IMG/VR virus record: IMGVR_UViG_3300048886_000287 | Coordinates: 1-33,707 of that record | DNA from: a virus | Taxonomy: Duplodnaviria; Caudoviricetes | DNA length: 33,707 bases | Reading direction: 5' to 3' (one strand) | Part shown: one piece after another, positions 26,592 to 33,707 of the stretch | Layout of the letters: the number at the start of each line of letters is the position of its first letter | How positions within the stretch are numbered: position 1 is the first letter of the stretch | Notes under the pieces: model-generated | Database searches by the model: none | Seen by the model: the letters and a program-made list of their open reading frames with translations, nothing else | What the model was told of the DNA's origin: nothing | Program-made: the position numbers and the translations under genes

Positions 26592-26813
26592 TTAATCCTC
26601 TCGCTGTTGTTTCTCTTCCATGAAACGCATAATGGAAAGCACAACAGATCGCTGGCCCTCCAGATATGCTGAGTAATGTGGATCGCCGCGCTCAAATGTC
26701 GTGGCGTTAAGATTGAAGCGCTTTTTCAAATCATCTAACACAACCAAACCTTCGGCTGTGTTGAATGCTTGCCGGTAAAAAAGCTGGATTGTTTCTAGCT
26801 GTTTCTCGCTCAT
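26592..26813 (-). CDS. Bbp19-like small head protein
   Basis: 'F.TAEGLVVLDDL..RF...AYLEGQRSVV' pattern; follows the portal gene. Confidence 0.7.
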   Translation of the reverse strand: MSEKQLETIQLFYRQAFNTAEGLVVLDDLKKRFNLNATTFERGDPHYSAYLEGQRSVVLSIMRFMEEKQQRED

Positions 26814-28426
26814 ATCTCAGGCACCTCGCCGGTTGCTTTGATGTAAGGCGCTATCTGCCCGGCTTGCTCAGCGTTAGCGGCCTGTTGTTCAGCCGCTGCT
26901 TGGGCTTGTGCCTGTTGTTGTTGCTGGCGGCGAACCATCATCACCTCTTCGGATGAACGGATCACTCTTGCCGGGAGGCCAAGAACATCCACAAGATATT
27001 CAATCATCTTGTCGCTATCCAAATAATCCATGACCGGGGCCATCTCACCAAACTGCGATAGCACTTCGATGCCGCGCAGTGTCGATTGCAACTCAGCCAT
27101 TTTCTGTGACTTGGCCAATGGGCTGACATATTCAATATCAATATCAAGCCCCTGCAATTCCTCTGGCGCTGCTGGGAATGCACCCTGTCTTAATAATATA
27201 GCGAAAGCACGATTAATAAGTGGTTGTAATAACTCACTTTGCATGCGCCCCATAACCGGGCCAAGCAGCCTCATTTTCTCTTCGTTGCGCTGGAGAACCT
27301 CTGTTGCAGTCATGGTTTGACCTTGACCCATAAGCAACTGATCTACATAGAAAGCCTCGCGGATTGCTTGCCGCCTCTGTTCTTCCATGTTAAGGCCAAG
27401 CGAATTGTTGGCACCCATCTGTAGAGGCTCAAGCCGATCTCTTGTGCCGGTGCGGTAAAAGTTCAAGCTGCCGGGCGTTGTGCGAACTGGCAACAGAAAC
27501 CCATCGTCAGGCACCATTAGCGGTGGATCTAATTGCTTTTGAGCTGATCTAATCGTGATCTCGCTCATCTTATTAAGCATCTTAGTATCACTGAGGCATG
27601 TCATGCCGGGTGACCGGCCATAGACCGAAACGCTGTCTTTGTTAAACCTTGGGATCAGCATAGGCATTTCGTCAAAGCCGCCCTCACCCAATATCATTTT
27701 GGTTTCTTCACAATAATATATTGAGCCGATTGGCTTATCTAATTTTGCAAACAGATCTGACTTAATGCCGTCCTTTGGAAAAATGCAGTGGACAAGCGGA
27801 TGTTCTTTGAATGGATCTTCCGTTAGACTTTTTGCAATCTTTTGCGGTAAGTTCTTCTCACCAAATCTTGTGGCTATGGCTCTGGCCGTCAGCTCAAACT
27901 TGCGATAGACCGTGTCCACCTTGCCTTGTGCATTCTCTGAAATGTAGATTTCAGCAATGTGGCGGCAGCTAAACCGCAATCCTTCCTCATCGCCAGCCTC
28001 GACAAACATCGCCGCTGTGCCAAACACAACCAGATCATAGTAAAGCTCATGGATCTCTTGTTGAAAGTTAGACCGATTAAAGGCCATATACATCTGGTCA
28101 GTGGTTTCTTCCAACCACTCATTGGCTGCATCGTTGTCTTGCAGAATAGGATCTCTGAACCGCAAACTAAACCAAGGAGCTGATGCCCCGGTTAGCATGC
28201 CATGCAGACTAGCGGCCAGCAGCTCAACGGCATGAATAGCGGTGCCGTCATAGATCAGCTCTGTGCGCTTATCGCCTTGTGAGCGCTTTTTGGTTATATC
28301 GGCTTTGCGTGGCAGCATATAGTCAGCCAGATCTTGCCAGTGGCTTTCCCAGTTAGCGCGCGTGTTGTGTAGTGTCTTCAAACGCCGATCAAGCGCCGCC
28401 ACCTCTTTTTTAACAGGATCTGCCAT
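26810..28426 (-). CDS. Portal protein (head-tail connector, T7 gp8/BPP-1-like)
   Basis: 'WQDLADYMLP', 'YGRSPGM', 'MTATEVLQRNEEKMRLLGPV', 'EYVSPLAKSQ'. Confidence 0.93.
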   Translation of the reverse strand: MADPVKKEVAALDRRLKTLHNTRANWESHWQDLADYMLPRKADITKKRSQGDKRTELIYDGTAIHAVELLAASLHGMLTGASAPWFSLRFRDPILQDNDAANEWLEETTDQMYMAFNRSNFQQEIHELYYDLVVFGTAAMFVEAGDEEGLRFSCRHIAEIYISENAQGKVDTVYRKFELTARAIATRFGEKNLPQKIAKSLTEDPFKEHPLVHCIFPKDGIKSDLFAKLDKPIGSIYYCEETKMILGEGGFDEMPMLIPRFNKDSVSVYGRSPGMTCLSDTKMLNKMSEITIRSAQKQLDPPLMVPDDGFLLPVRTTPGSLNFYRTGTRDRLEPLQMGANNSLGLNMEEQRRQAIREAFYVDQLLMGQGQTMTATEVLQRNEEKMRLLGPVMGRMQSELLQPLINRAFAILLRQGAFPAAPEELQGLDIDIEYVSPLAKSQKMAELQSTLRGIEVLSQFGEMAPVMDYLDSDKMIEYLVDVLGLPARVIRSSEEVMMVRRQQQQQAQAQAAAEQQAANAEQAGQIAPYIKATGEVPEI

Positions 28427-28620
28427 TAATACATGCCCCCGGACATTTTGCTGGGTTTGTCTCGTTTGATGCCAGCAATTGATCTGCCTTGGCTTTTACC
28501 GGCAGCTTTTTGCAGCAAGCGCTCTAATGGGTTTACATTCATGGCAGCGCTAAAATTCATTGGTTGCGGTGCAGACATGCCCATACGGCCAGCAAGGTTT
28601 TTTTTGCCCTTCAGATCCAT
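28426..28620 (-). CDS. Small basic protein upstream of the portal gene
   Basis: TAATG coupling at both ends. Confidence 0.7.
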   Translation of the reverse strand: MDLKGKKNLAGRMGMSAPQPMNFSAAMNVNPLERLLQKAAGKSQGRSIAGIKRDKPSKMSGGMY

Positions 28621-29513
28621 TACGAAATAAGACCCGCCATTAATGAACGATTGCGCGTTTTTGCTGAGCCAAGCAAACCTTGCGCTGTGGTGCTTATGGT
28701 TGATTCCTTGCCCATCTTGGAACGGCGCGCTGCATCGTCTGTAGCGTCACCACCCTCACCGGCTTTAGGTGCATCAGGCAGTTTTCCATCAACTATTTCA
28801 ACTGGCAGCTTTTTCTTTTTAGCACCAGAGCGAACATCTCCAGAATCTGACCCTGTCGTGTCCCCAAAGTCTAGCACCACCTGATCTTTGAACTCAGCCG
28901 GGCCAGCATATTGGTCTGACGACATCGATTGACCAGAGTAAACCTTTAACCCAAGAAAGTTGTCGTGCATTACACCCACAACTTTCCCGCTTTTGTTTCT
29001 GATAGGAACGCTGCCCTTTTCGTTTAATTTTTCCTTTATCCGTCCAAAGCTTTTAACGCTTGCCTTAGAATGCAATCTATTTATGAAACTATTGTTTTCG
29101 TCTTGTCCGTATCTGTTTGCCCGATCCATCTGGTTATCAAGTTCTCTTTGCGCTCTTGTGCGATCATCAGGCGCTCTAGCTGGGTTTCTGCCCGGCAAAG
29201 GCGTAGAGACTGTTTTAGTGCTAGATTGCGCTTTTGCCATTTCAGCGGCTGTAGGCTGCTGATCTTCAATACCATCATTGAAACCGCCACCACCATAACC
29301 GTCGTCACCATAACCTTCGTCGCCAAGACTTGAACCACCACTATCAACCCCCATACCTTCGCTCAAAAAATATGTTGGCACACCACTTGGCCCCGGCTTG
29401 CCAGATCCACCGGCCTTTCTAAGCATCCGTTTTTCCTGATCATTAATGTAGGCAAGCGAATGCTTTTGCCCTCTGACATTTACAGTGCGTTTTGGTGACA
29501 TTTTTGAAGCCAT
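28620..29513 (-). CDS. Hypothetical, probably virion-associated protein (297 aa)
   Basis: GGAG RBS; 'HSLAYIN..E..ML...GGSG.PGP.GVP.Y' N-terminal motif; 'STISTTAQGLLG' C-terminus resembling pre-portal proteins. Confidence 0.65.
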   Translation of the reverse strand: MASKMSPKRTVNVRGQKHSLAYINDQEKRMLRKAGGSGKPGPSGVPTYFLSEGMGVDSGGSSLGDEGYGDDGYGGGGFNDGIEDQQPTAAEMAKAQSSTKTVSTPLPGRNPARAPDDRTRAQRELDNQMDRANRYGQDENNSFINRLHSKASVKSFGRIKEKLNEKGSVPIRNKSGKVVGVMHDNFLGLKVYSGQSMSSDQYAGPAEFKDQVVLDFGDTTGSDSGDVRSGAKKKKLPVEIVDGKLPDAPKAGEGGDATDDAARRSKMGKESTISTTAQGLLGSAKTRNRSLMAGLIS

Positions 29514-29524
29514 ATCTCTACTCC

Positions 29525-30814
29525 TTACATTGCAGCCGCAAATGGATCATATGCGGTCATCGCAACCTGTTGTGGTGGCCGGGCGTTCACACGGCTTTCC
29601 TTCACACCAATTGACATATACCGAAAGCTGTCAGCCGCATGGCTCGACCAATCGTGAACAGGCGTTAATCTAAATGTTCTACTTTTCTCATTGTAGGCCC
29701 GGTGGTATTGCCGTAGCGCCTCTAGGCCAGCCTTGCATCGATCCCGGTCAAAGTAACACCGGGGGATCAGCATTTGCGCTGCGTGGATGCCGTCTTCTAG
29801 CGGTAGCTTCGGAAGCACTCTGAAATTAAGCCCCAGATCCCACGCAATCTCTCTGCGACTTTTGCCGCTACCAAGTTCCCTAACCTCAACATCGTGAGGC
29901 GCAAAGTGATCCCCATACAGATAACCTTTACGCGCAAGGACTGCACAGTAGTGCGGTAAGCCCTCACCGCGCGCCTCATAATAATCAATGACATGAATGC
30001 CCTTCCCGGCACTGCCGCCTGTCTGTGCAAACCAAATGCTTGTCGCATCGCCCATGCCCAGATCCCAGAATGTCTGTACCTTCATCGCCGGGTCATACGG
30101 CACATTCGTAATGCGGCCATCTTCTAAAGCGGTCTGCATCTCTTTGCCGTAAATGCTGCCGGGTACATTCGCCACCCAGCTACACTCAAATTCCTGTTCA
30201 TACTGGTCAGGTGACATCATCACCTTTGCAGCCTCCAGCTCTTCCTCTGGCAATATGCCTGTCTCGCTGGCCTTATAAACAGCAGCAACCCAATCATCAT
30301 TCGATGCCGCCAGCTCATAATAATCGTAAAACATGTTGGTTCCGCGCGGCGTGCCTACGAATACACACCAACCAGCCCGGTCTGATAAAGCTGGCCTCAA
30401 GATCTCAGGGAACACGCTCTCAGGCATGTCTGCGACCTCATCCATAATACAGCCGTCTAGATAGATCCCTCGCAAGCTATCAGGGTTCTCAGCCCCTAAC
30501 AGGCTAATCCTAGCCCCTGTTGGTAGATCACAACGCAGCTCAGTCTCGTGAAACCGCACACCGGGGATCTTGCCAGCAAACTGCTTTAAATAATCCCAAG
30601 CCACATTCTTGGCTTGCCGATAAGTGGGAGCCATGTACGCATAGCGTGGGTTGGGCTTGTCGTTCATTATCGCATCGCGCAACAAATGGTTGACCGCCAT
30701 GACTGTCTTGCCAAATCGTCTGTGACAGACAACTACGCCCCAGCGCTTCTCAGAGAGCTGATCATGCAGCTTTGCTTGTAGAGGCCGGGGAGCATAGGGG
30801 ATGACAATCTGCAT
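29525..30814 (-). CDS. terL: Terminase large subunit
   Basis: Walker A 'HRRFGKT', Walker B 'CIMDE', 'GTPRG', nuclease 'WDLG' and 'HDWSSHAADSFRY'. Confidence 0.95.
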   Translation of the reverse strand: MQIVIPYAPRPLQAKLHDQLSEKRWGVVVCHRRFGKTVMAVNHLLRDAIMNDKPNPRYAYMAPTYRQAKNVAWDYLKQFAGKIPGVRFHETELRCDLPTGARISLLGAENPDSLRGIYLDGCIMDEVADMPESVFPEILRPALSDRAGWCVFVGTPRGTNMFYDYYELAASNDDWVAAVYKASETGILPEEELEAAKVMMSPDQYEQEFECSWVANVPGSIYGKEMQTALEDGRITNVPYDPAMKVQTFWDLGMGDATSIWFAQTGGSAGKGIHVIDYYEARGEGLPHYCAVLARKGYLYGDHFAPHDVEVRELGSGKSRREIAWDLGLNFRVLPKLPLEDGIHAAQMLIPRCYFDRDRCKAGLEALRQYHRAYNEKSRTFRLTPVHDWSSHAADSFRYMSIGVKESRVNARPPQQVAMTAYDPFAAAM

Positions 30815-30923
30815 GGATGTATGGCTCCATTAGTCGGGAAGATTATTGATGTATGAGGGCGCGGTAAAATTTTGGAGGGTGGGGTCAGGCATATCTCAAA
30901 AACCTGATCAATATTCTAGAGAG

Positions 30924-30944
30924 ATCTTCCCCATATCTTCCCCA
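30924..30944. repeat. Third ATCTTCCCCA tandem pair, in the terS-terL intergenic region
   Basis: Exact copies at 30924-30933 and 30935-30944, same 11-bp period as 5003-5023. Confidence 0.85.
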
Positions 30945-31092
30945 CAATATAAGGCATGCCCTTCTTTCCCCAGCAATTCTGCGGGACACAGCATCAAAGG
31001 TTACCGCTCTACTCAGGCGGTGCATCGATGGTCAGCCCGGTCTGCCTCACGCGCGTAGCTGGGTCAGACACAGCACTGATATATAGTGACCC

Positions 31093-31515
31093 TTACCCCT
31101 GTCCTTCCTCTGCTGTTACCTCATTACCCTGCCAGCTAATCGTGATGCTTTGCTGTGCCGGTGCATCTTCCTTCTTATCTCTCAAGCCCCAAGGCTGTAG
31201 CTTAGCCATCGTGAACTTCAATGTATCAACCTCAAGCCTACGGCGCTGCACTTCAGCATTCAGCATGCGTGGATCCAGATCAGCCGGTAACGGTGACATG
31301 GCAAGATCATTGATATGATCCGCATAATACTCAGCTTGCATCACCCTGCCTCTACGATAGATCTCAAACAGCTCATCATCCTTCAGCACTGACCTTGTGA
31401 CGGTTCGGTAGCTTGGCATGCCAGCATCATTGCAAATGCTAAGCAATGTTTCACCAGATCCAAGCCTGTCAGCAATGTCTGTCATCAATGTTTTATTGAT
31501 CTTACGAGGTGCCAT
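31093..31515 (-). CDS. terS: Terminase small subunit (Sf6 gp1-like)
   Basis: 'IADRLGSGETLLSIC...MPSYRTV', 'RRRLEVDTLKFTMAKLQP'; upstream of terL. Confidence 0.85.
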   Translation of the reverse strand: MAPRKINKTLMTDIADRLGSGETLLSICNDAGMPSYRTVTRSVLKDDELFEIYRRGRVMQAEYYADHINDLAMSPLPADLDPRMLNAEVQRRRLEVDTLKFTMAKLQPWGLRDKKEDAPAQQSITISWQGNEVTAEEGQG

Positions 31516-31523
31516 GATGATCC

Positions 31524-31592
31524 AAATAAAAAGGCTGGAACTGCATTGACAGAACCAGCCAGTTAGGGAGGAGCGGTTGTGAACCGCACGAT
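31524..31592 (-). ncRNA. Candidate late-leader small RNA: hairpin, CUCCUCCC motif, terminator
   Basis: Minus strand GCGGTT-CAC-AACCGC, CTCCTCCCT, then GGCTGG...CCAGCC-TTTTT; TTGCAA-16-CATAGT upstream. Confidence 0.5.
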
Positions 31593-31651
31593 AGAATGAC
31601 TATGCAGATTTTGACGACATTTGCAACACCCTTTATTTCTTATGCATAGTC

Positions 31652-31681
31652 CTTGACATCTTGTGTCAAGATACCCATATT
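31652..31681 (+). promoter_or_regulatory. Sigma70-like promoter overlapped by operator CTTGAC-N7-GTCAAG
   Basis: TTGACA (31653-31658), 17 bp, CATATT (31676-31681); drives the plus-strand four-gene cluster. Confidence 0.7.
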
Positions 31682-31713
31682 AGTTGTGTAAGGTAATTCA
31701 ACCAAGGGAGGCT

Positions 31714-31926
31714 ATGATGATCAAGTTGAAAAAAATTACTAACCGCACTCAGTTCAACAGCGCAATCTGGGCTGTTGTGGGGCATGAGGACATCCGTGTA
31801 CATCAGATCGGTGCAACTCGCTGGTTGGCTGATCATTATGATGAAGATGGTAATTATGTAAAAAACATTATGAAATTTTCAGACAAGTCAGCCCTGTTAG
31901 AAGCTCTTGGATTGGTGGTACTGTAA
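31714..31926 (+). CDS. Small hypothetical protein (70 aa)
   Basis: AAGGGAGG RBS before ATGATG. Confidence 0.7.
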   Translation: MMIKLKKITNRTQFNSAIWAVVGHEDIRVHQIGATRWLADHYDEDGNYVKNIMKFSDKSALLEALGLVVL

Positions 31927-32030
31927 TGTCCATCATCCGCTTCATCTTTGAACTAGCCGGGCTTGCAGCATTCTTTGCCAGCCTTTACCTCACAGCCATA
32001 TTGCTACATGCTTTGGCTGGCACACTGTAA
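31926..32030 (+). CDS. 34-aa single-TM peptide MSIIRFIFELAGLAAFFASLYLTAILLHALAGTL
   Basis: Read by hand; TAATG coupling; fills the gap to the next RBS exactly. Confidence 0.6.
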   Translation: MSIIRFIFELAGLAAFFASLYLTAILLHALAGTL

Positions 32031-32042
32031 GGGAGAGTGACC

Positions 32043-32207
32043 GTGAAAATTCGTATACCATCACAAACTGTCGAGGTAGATGCTGAAGCTTGGGCAACTG
32101 AGTACGGCATTGATGTCAGCGAGGTCAGGCAGAATGTCCTAGATTATTTTGCCCATTTAGCACAAACCAAAATCGATTTGCTTGGCCTCGCGCCAGAGGG
32201 AGAGTGA
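32043..32207 (+). CDS. 54-aa hypothetical protein MKIRIPSQTVEVDAEAWATEYGID...
   Basis: Read by hand; AGGGAG RBS; GTG start. Confidence 0.65.
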   Translation: MKIRIPSQTVEVDAEAWATEYGIDVSEVRQNVLDYFAHLAQTKIDLLGLAPEGE

Positions 32208-32209
32208 CC

Positions 32210-32656
32210 ATGAGCAAATCATTTGAAAAAGCCAAGGCGCTTGCAGCTAAGCATGGCATTGATGTCACCGGCTACCAACAGATAGATCATGGTTGGACGA
32301 TCTACGTTGATGCACCGCTTAATTTTGTTTTTGGTGATTGTGATGGATCGACTGCCATGTTTCATGGGCCTATTGTGTCACTGCCACCTTTTGTTAAACA
32401 TTGCATAAAAATGCTGATGGTTGATGAAAGGTCTTATCAAGACATTATAAATATCAGTGGCTGTGACGATGAACATGCTGATCGTGTCTATCTGGTTAGG
32501 GCTATTGCCAATAGCGGTTTGGACAAAAGCCAATTCGCTAACAAATGTGAAATCACACCAGAAACATTAGCTAGATTTATAAATGGCACTTATCCAATTA
32601 CCAGCAAAGTTAAAGCGGCAATCAAAGAATTTACTGATTACCCCGATACGAAATAG
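32210..32656 (+). CDS. Protein with a C-terminal XRE-type HTH
   Basis: 'SGLDKSQFANKCEITPETLARFING..PI' Cro/CI-like HTH; AGGGAG RBS. Confidence 0.7.
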   Translation: MSKSFEKAKALAAKHGIDVTGYQQIDHGWTIYVDAPLNFVFGDCDGSTAMFHGPIVSLPPFVKHCIKMLMVDERSYQDIINISGCDDEHADRVYLVRAIANSGLDKSQFANKCEITPETLARFINGTYPITSKVKAAIKEFTDYPDTK

Positions 32657-33032
32657 ATCGATAGTACATCCTTGTCAGCGCATCCCGGTAGTTGCGCTTG
32701 ACGATCCTTGGATCATTCAGCCCTAGTATGTGAGCCAGCTTTGTCCATCTAGGGCCGCGATCCCTTCCCACTGCACTATGTGCCACTGCCATGATCAAAC
32801 GCCTTGTGTCCTGATCCATAGCCATCAGCATGCCATGTGCCATATCCATCTTATCGATCTGTTCATTGCTTGGCCTTATCCTGATGACACCTTTCTGCGT
32901 CCATCCATAGCCATGCCAATCCAACGGATAGTCTGGCCATGATGCCTGTTTCTGCACCCGGATAGCCTTGGGCAATCTACGCTCAGTCACAGCCATGTCC
33001 AGAAACATCGTGTGCAGCTCGTTAATGTCCAT
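32631..33032 (-). CDS. DUF6362-like HTH protein, candidate late transcription regulator/antiterminator
   Basis: 'ERRLP...SWPDY...RPSNEQIDKMD...RWTKLAHILG...YRDAL'; last minus-strand gene before the terS region, the Q-like position. Confidence 0.6.
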   Translation of the reverse strand: MDINELHTMFLDMAVTERRLPKAIRVQKQASWPDYPLDWHGYGWTQKGVIRIRPSNEQIDKMDMAHGMLMAMDQDTRRLIMAVAHSAVGRDRGPRWTKLAHILGLNDPRIVKRNYRDALTRMYYRSISYRGNQ

Positions 33033-33471
33033 GCCTGACCCTTTCCAGATGCCGCTCTGCCTCAATCACCCAATCAAGCACTTGTGTGGCATCCATCCTT
33101 GCAATTGCTTTGAGTGTGTCTGCGAATCTATCGGCTGACATTGTTGGCCTTAATTGCCGCAACGCCCGGTCTTTACGAAACAGCAATGGATCATTCTTTG
33201 CTTTGGAAACGGCTGAGACATAGTTCTGGTTTGTCCTTTTCGTGATCGTACTCAACATGTCGCGTATTTCACTTGATCTGTCCTGTTGACAATCAAGATT
33301 TGATGATTTACTGGTTTCAGTATAATCGAGCGAAGCGAGTTGAGGCTTATCCTTATCGGTTATATCAATAAATTGGTTCGGCTGATCCTTAACAGGCTGA
33401 TCCTTAACAGGATTATCCTTATAAGGATTATCCTTATGTGTTTTCACCAATTTAAAATTCTTAAAACTCAT
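33022..33471 (-). CDS. Hypothetical protein with KD(N/Q)P repeats
   Basis: 149-aa ORF, ATGA-coupled to the upstream gene. Confidence 0.65.
   Translation of the reverse strand: MSFKNFKLVKTHKDNPYKDNPVKDQPVKDQPNQFIDITDKDKPQLASLDYTETSKSSNLDCQQDRSSEIRDMLSTITKRTNQNYVSAVSKAKNDPLLFRKDRALRQLRPTMSADRFADTLKAIARMDATQVLDWVIEAERHLERVRHGH
33344..33439. repeat. Four tandem 15-bp repeats plus one outlier, core GG(C/A)T(G/T)ATCCTTA
   Basis: Copies start at 33344, 33380, 33395, 33410 and 33425. Confidence 0.8.
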
Positions 33472-33707
33472 TCTGATTCGCTTTCCAATGCCGCTGCTAT
33501 GAAACTATAGTTGGCCGCATCAATTGCGTGATCCTCATCAAACCCGGCGTTCCATCTTGCCAGCTTCATCTCAACAAGCATTCTGGCTGTCTGAGCTGGC
33601 GTGACCTCAACGCCAAGCACCAGTGACCACCTAATCGCCAGTTCCTTGTACAGCGGCTGATACGGCCCCAGCTTCTTTGCCCGGCTTGTCAGTATCTTTG
33701 ATGCGCT
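33468..33707 (-). CDS. DUF6378-like protein (5' truncated by window edge)
   Basis: Manual translation '..ILTSRAKKLGP...LAIRWSLVLGVEVTPAQTARMLVEMKLAR...DHAIDAANY..IA'. Confidence 0.7.
   Translation of the reverse strand, partial: SASKILTSRAKKLGPYQPLYKELAIRWSLVLGVEVTPAQTARMLVEMKLARWNAGFDEDHAIDAANYSFIAAALESESE

Noticed and set aside
11876-29333. Many plus-strand ORFs in the supplied track (e.g. 18577-19125, 15578-15991, 11876-12313)
   Set aside because: They are antisense shadows of well-supported minus-strand virion genes, with no recognisable motifs.
33344-33439. CRISPR array
   Set aside because: Units are 15-bp tandem repeats without unique spacers, and no cas genes are present.

Overview
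Most of the genome of a temperate podovirus, probably marine, seen in its excised (attP) form. Both window ends cut through genes. The minus strand carries a T7/BPP-1/HTVC010P-like virion module: terS, terL, portal, scaffold, capsid, tail tubes A/B, four internal-virion proteins, a tail fibre, C1q adhesins and an M15 endolysin with holin. There is also a lambdoid-style early module: repressor remnant, PD-(D/E)XK exonuclease, ERF recombinase, SSB-like protein, Xis and a tyrosine integrase. The attP core is the 3' half of tRNA-Asp(GTC), which suggests an alphaproteobacterial host (inference). No DNA or RNA polymerase, primase or helicase is visible. Best leads: (1) an ejection protein fused to an EndoIII/HhH-GPD-like DNA glycosylase domain, with an overlapping small acidic gene, resembling an injected effector plus immunity pair; (2) the attP arm-type repeat pair ATCTTCCCCA recurring 26 kb away between terS and terL; (3) a terminated leader RNA upstream of terS carrying an anti-Shine-Dalgarno CUCCUCCC motif; (4) a TGACAT-N5-GTCAA operator at three promoters. 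All family assignments come from motif recognition by eye and synteny; no database search was run.
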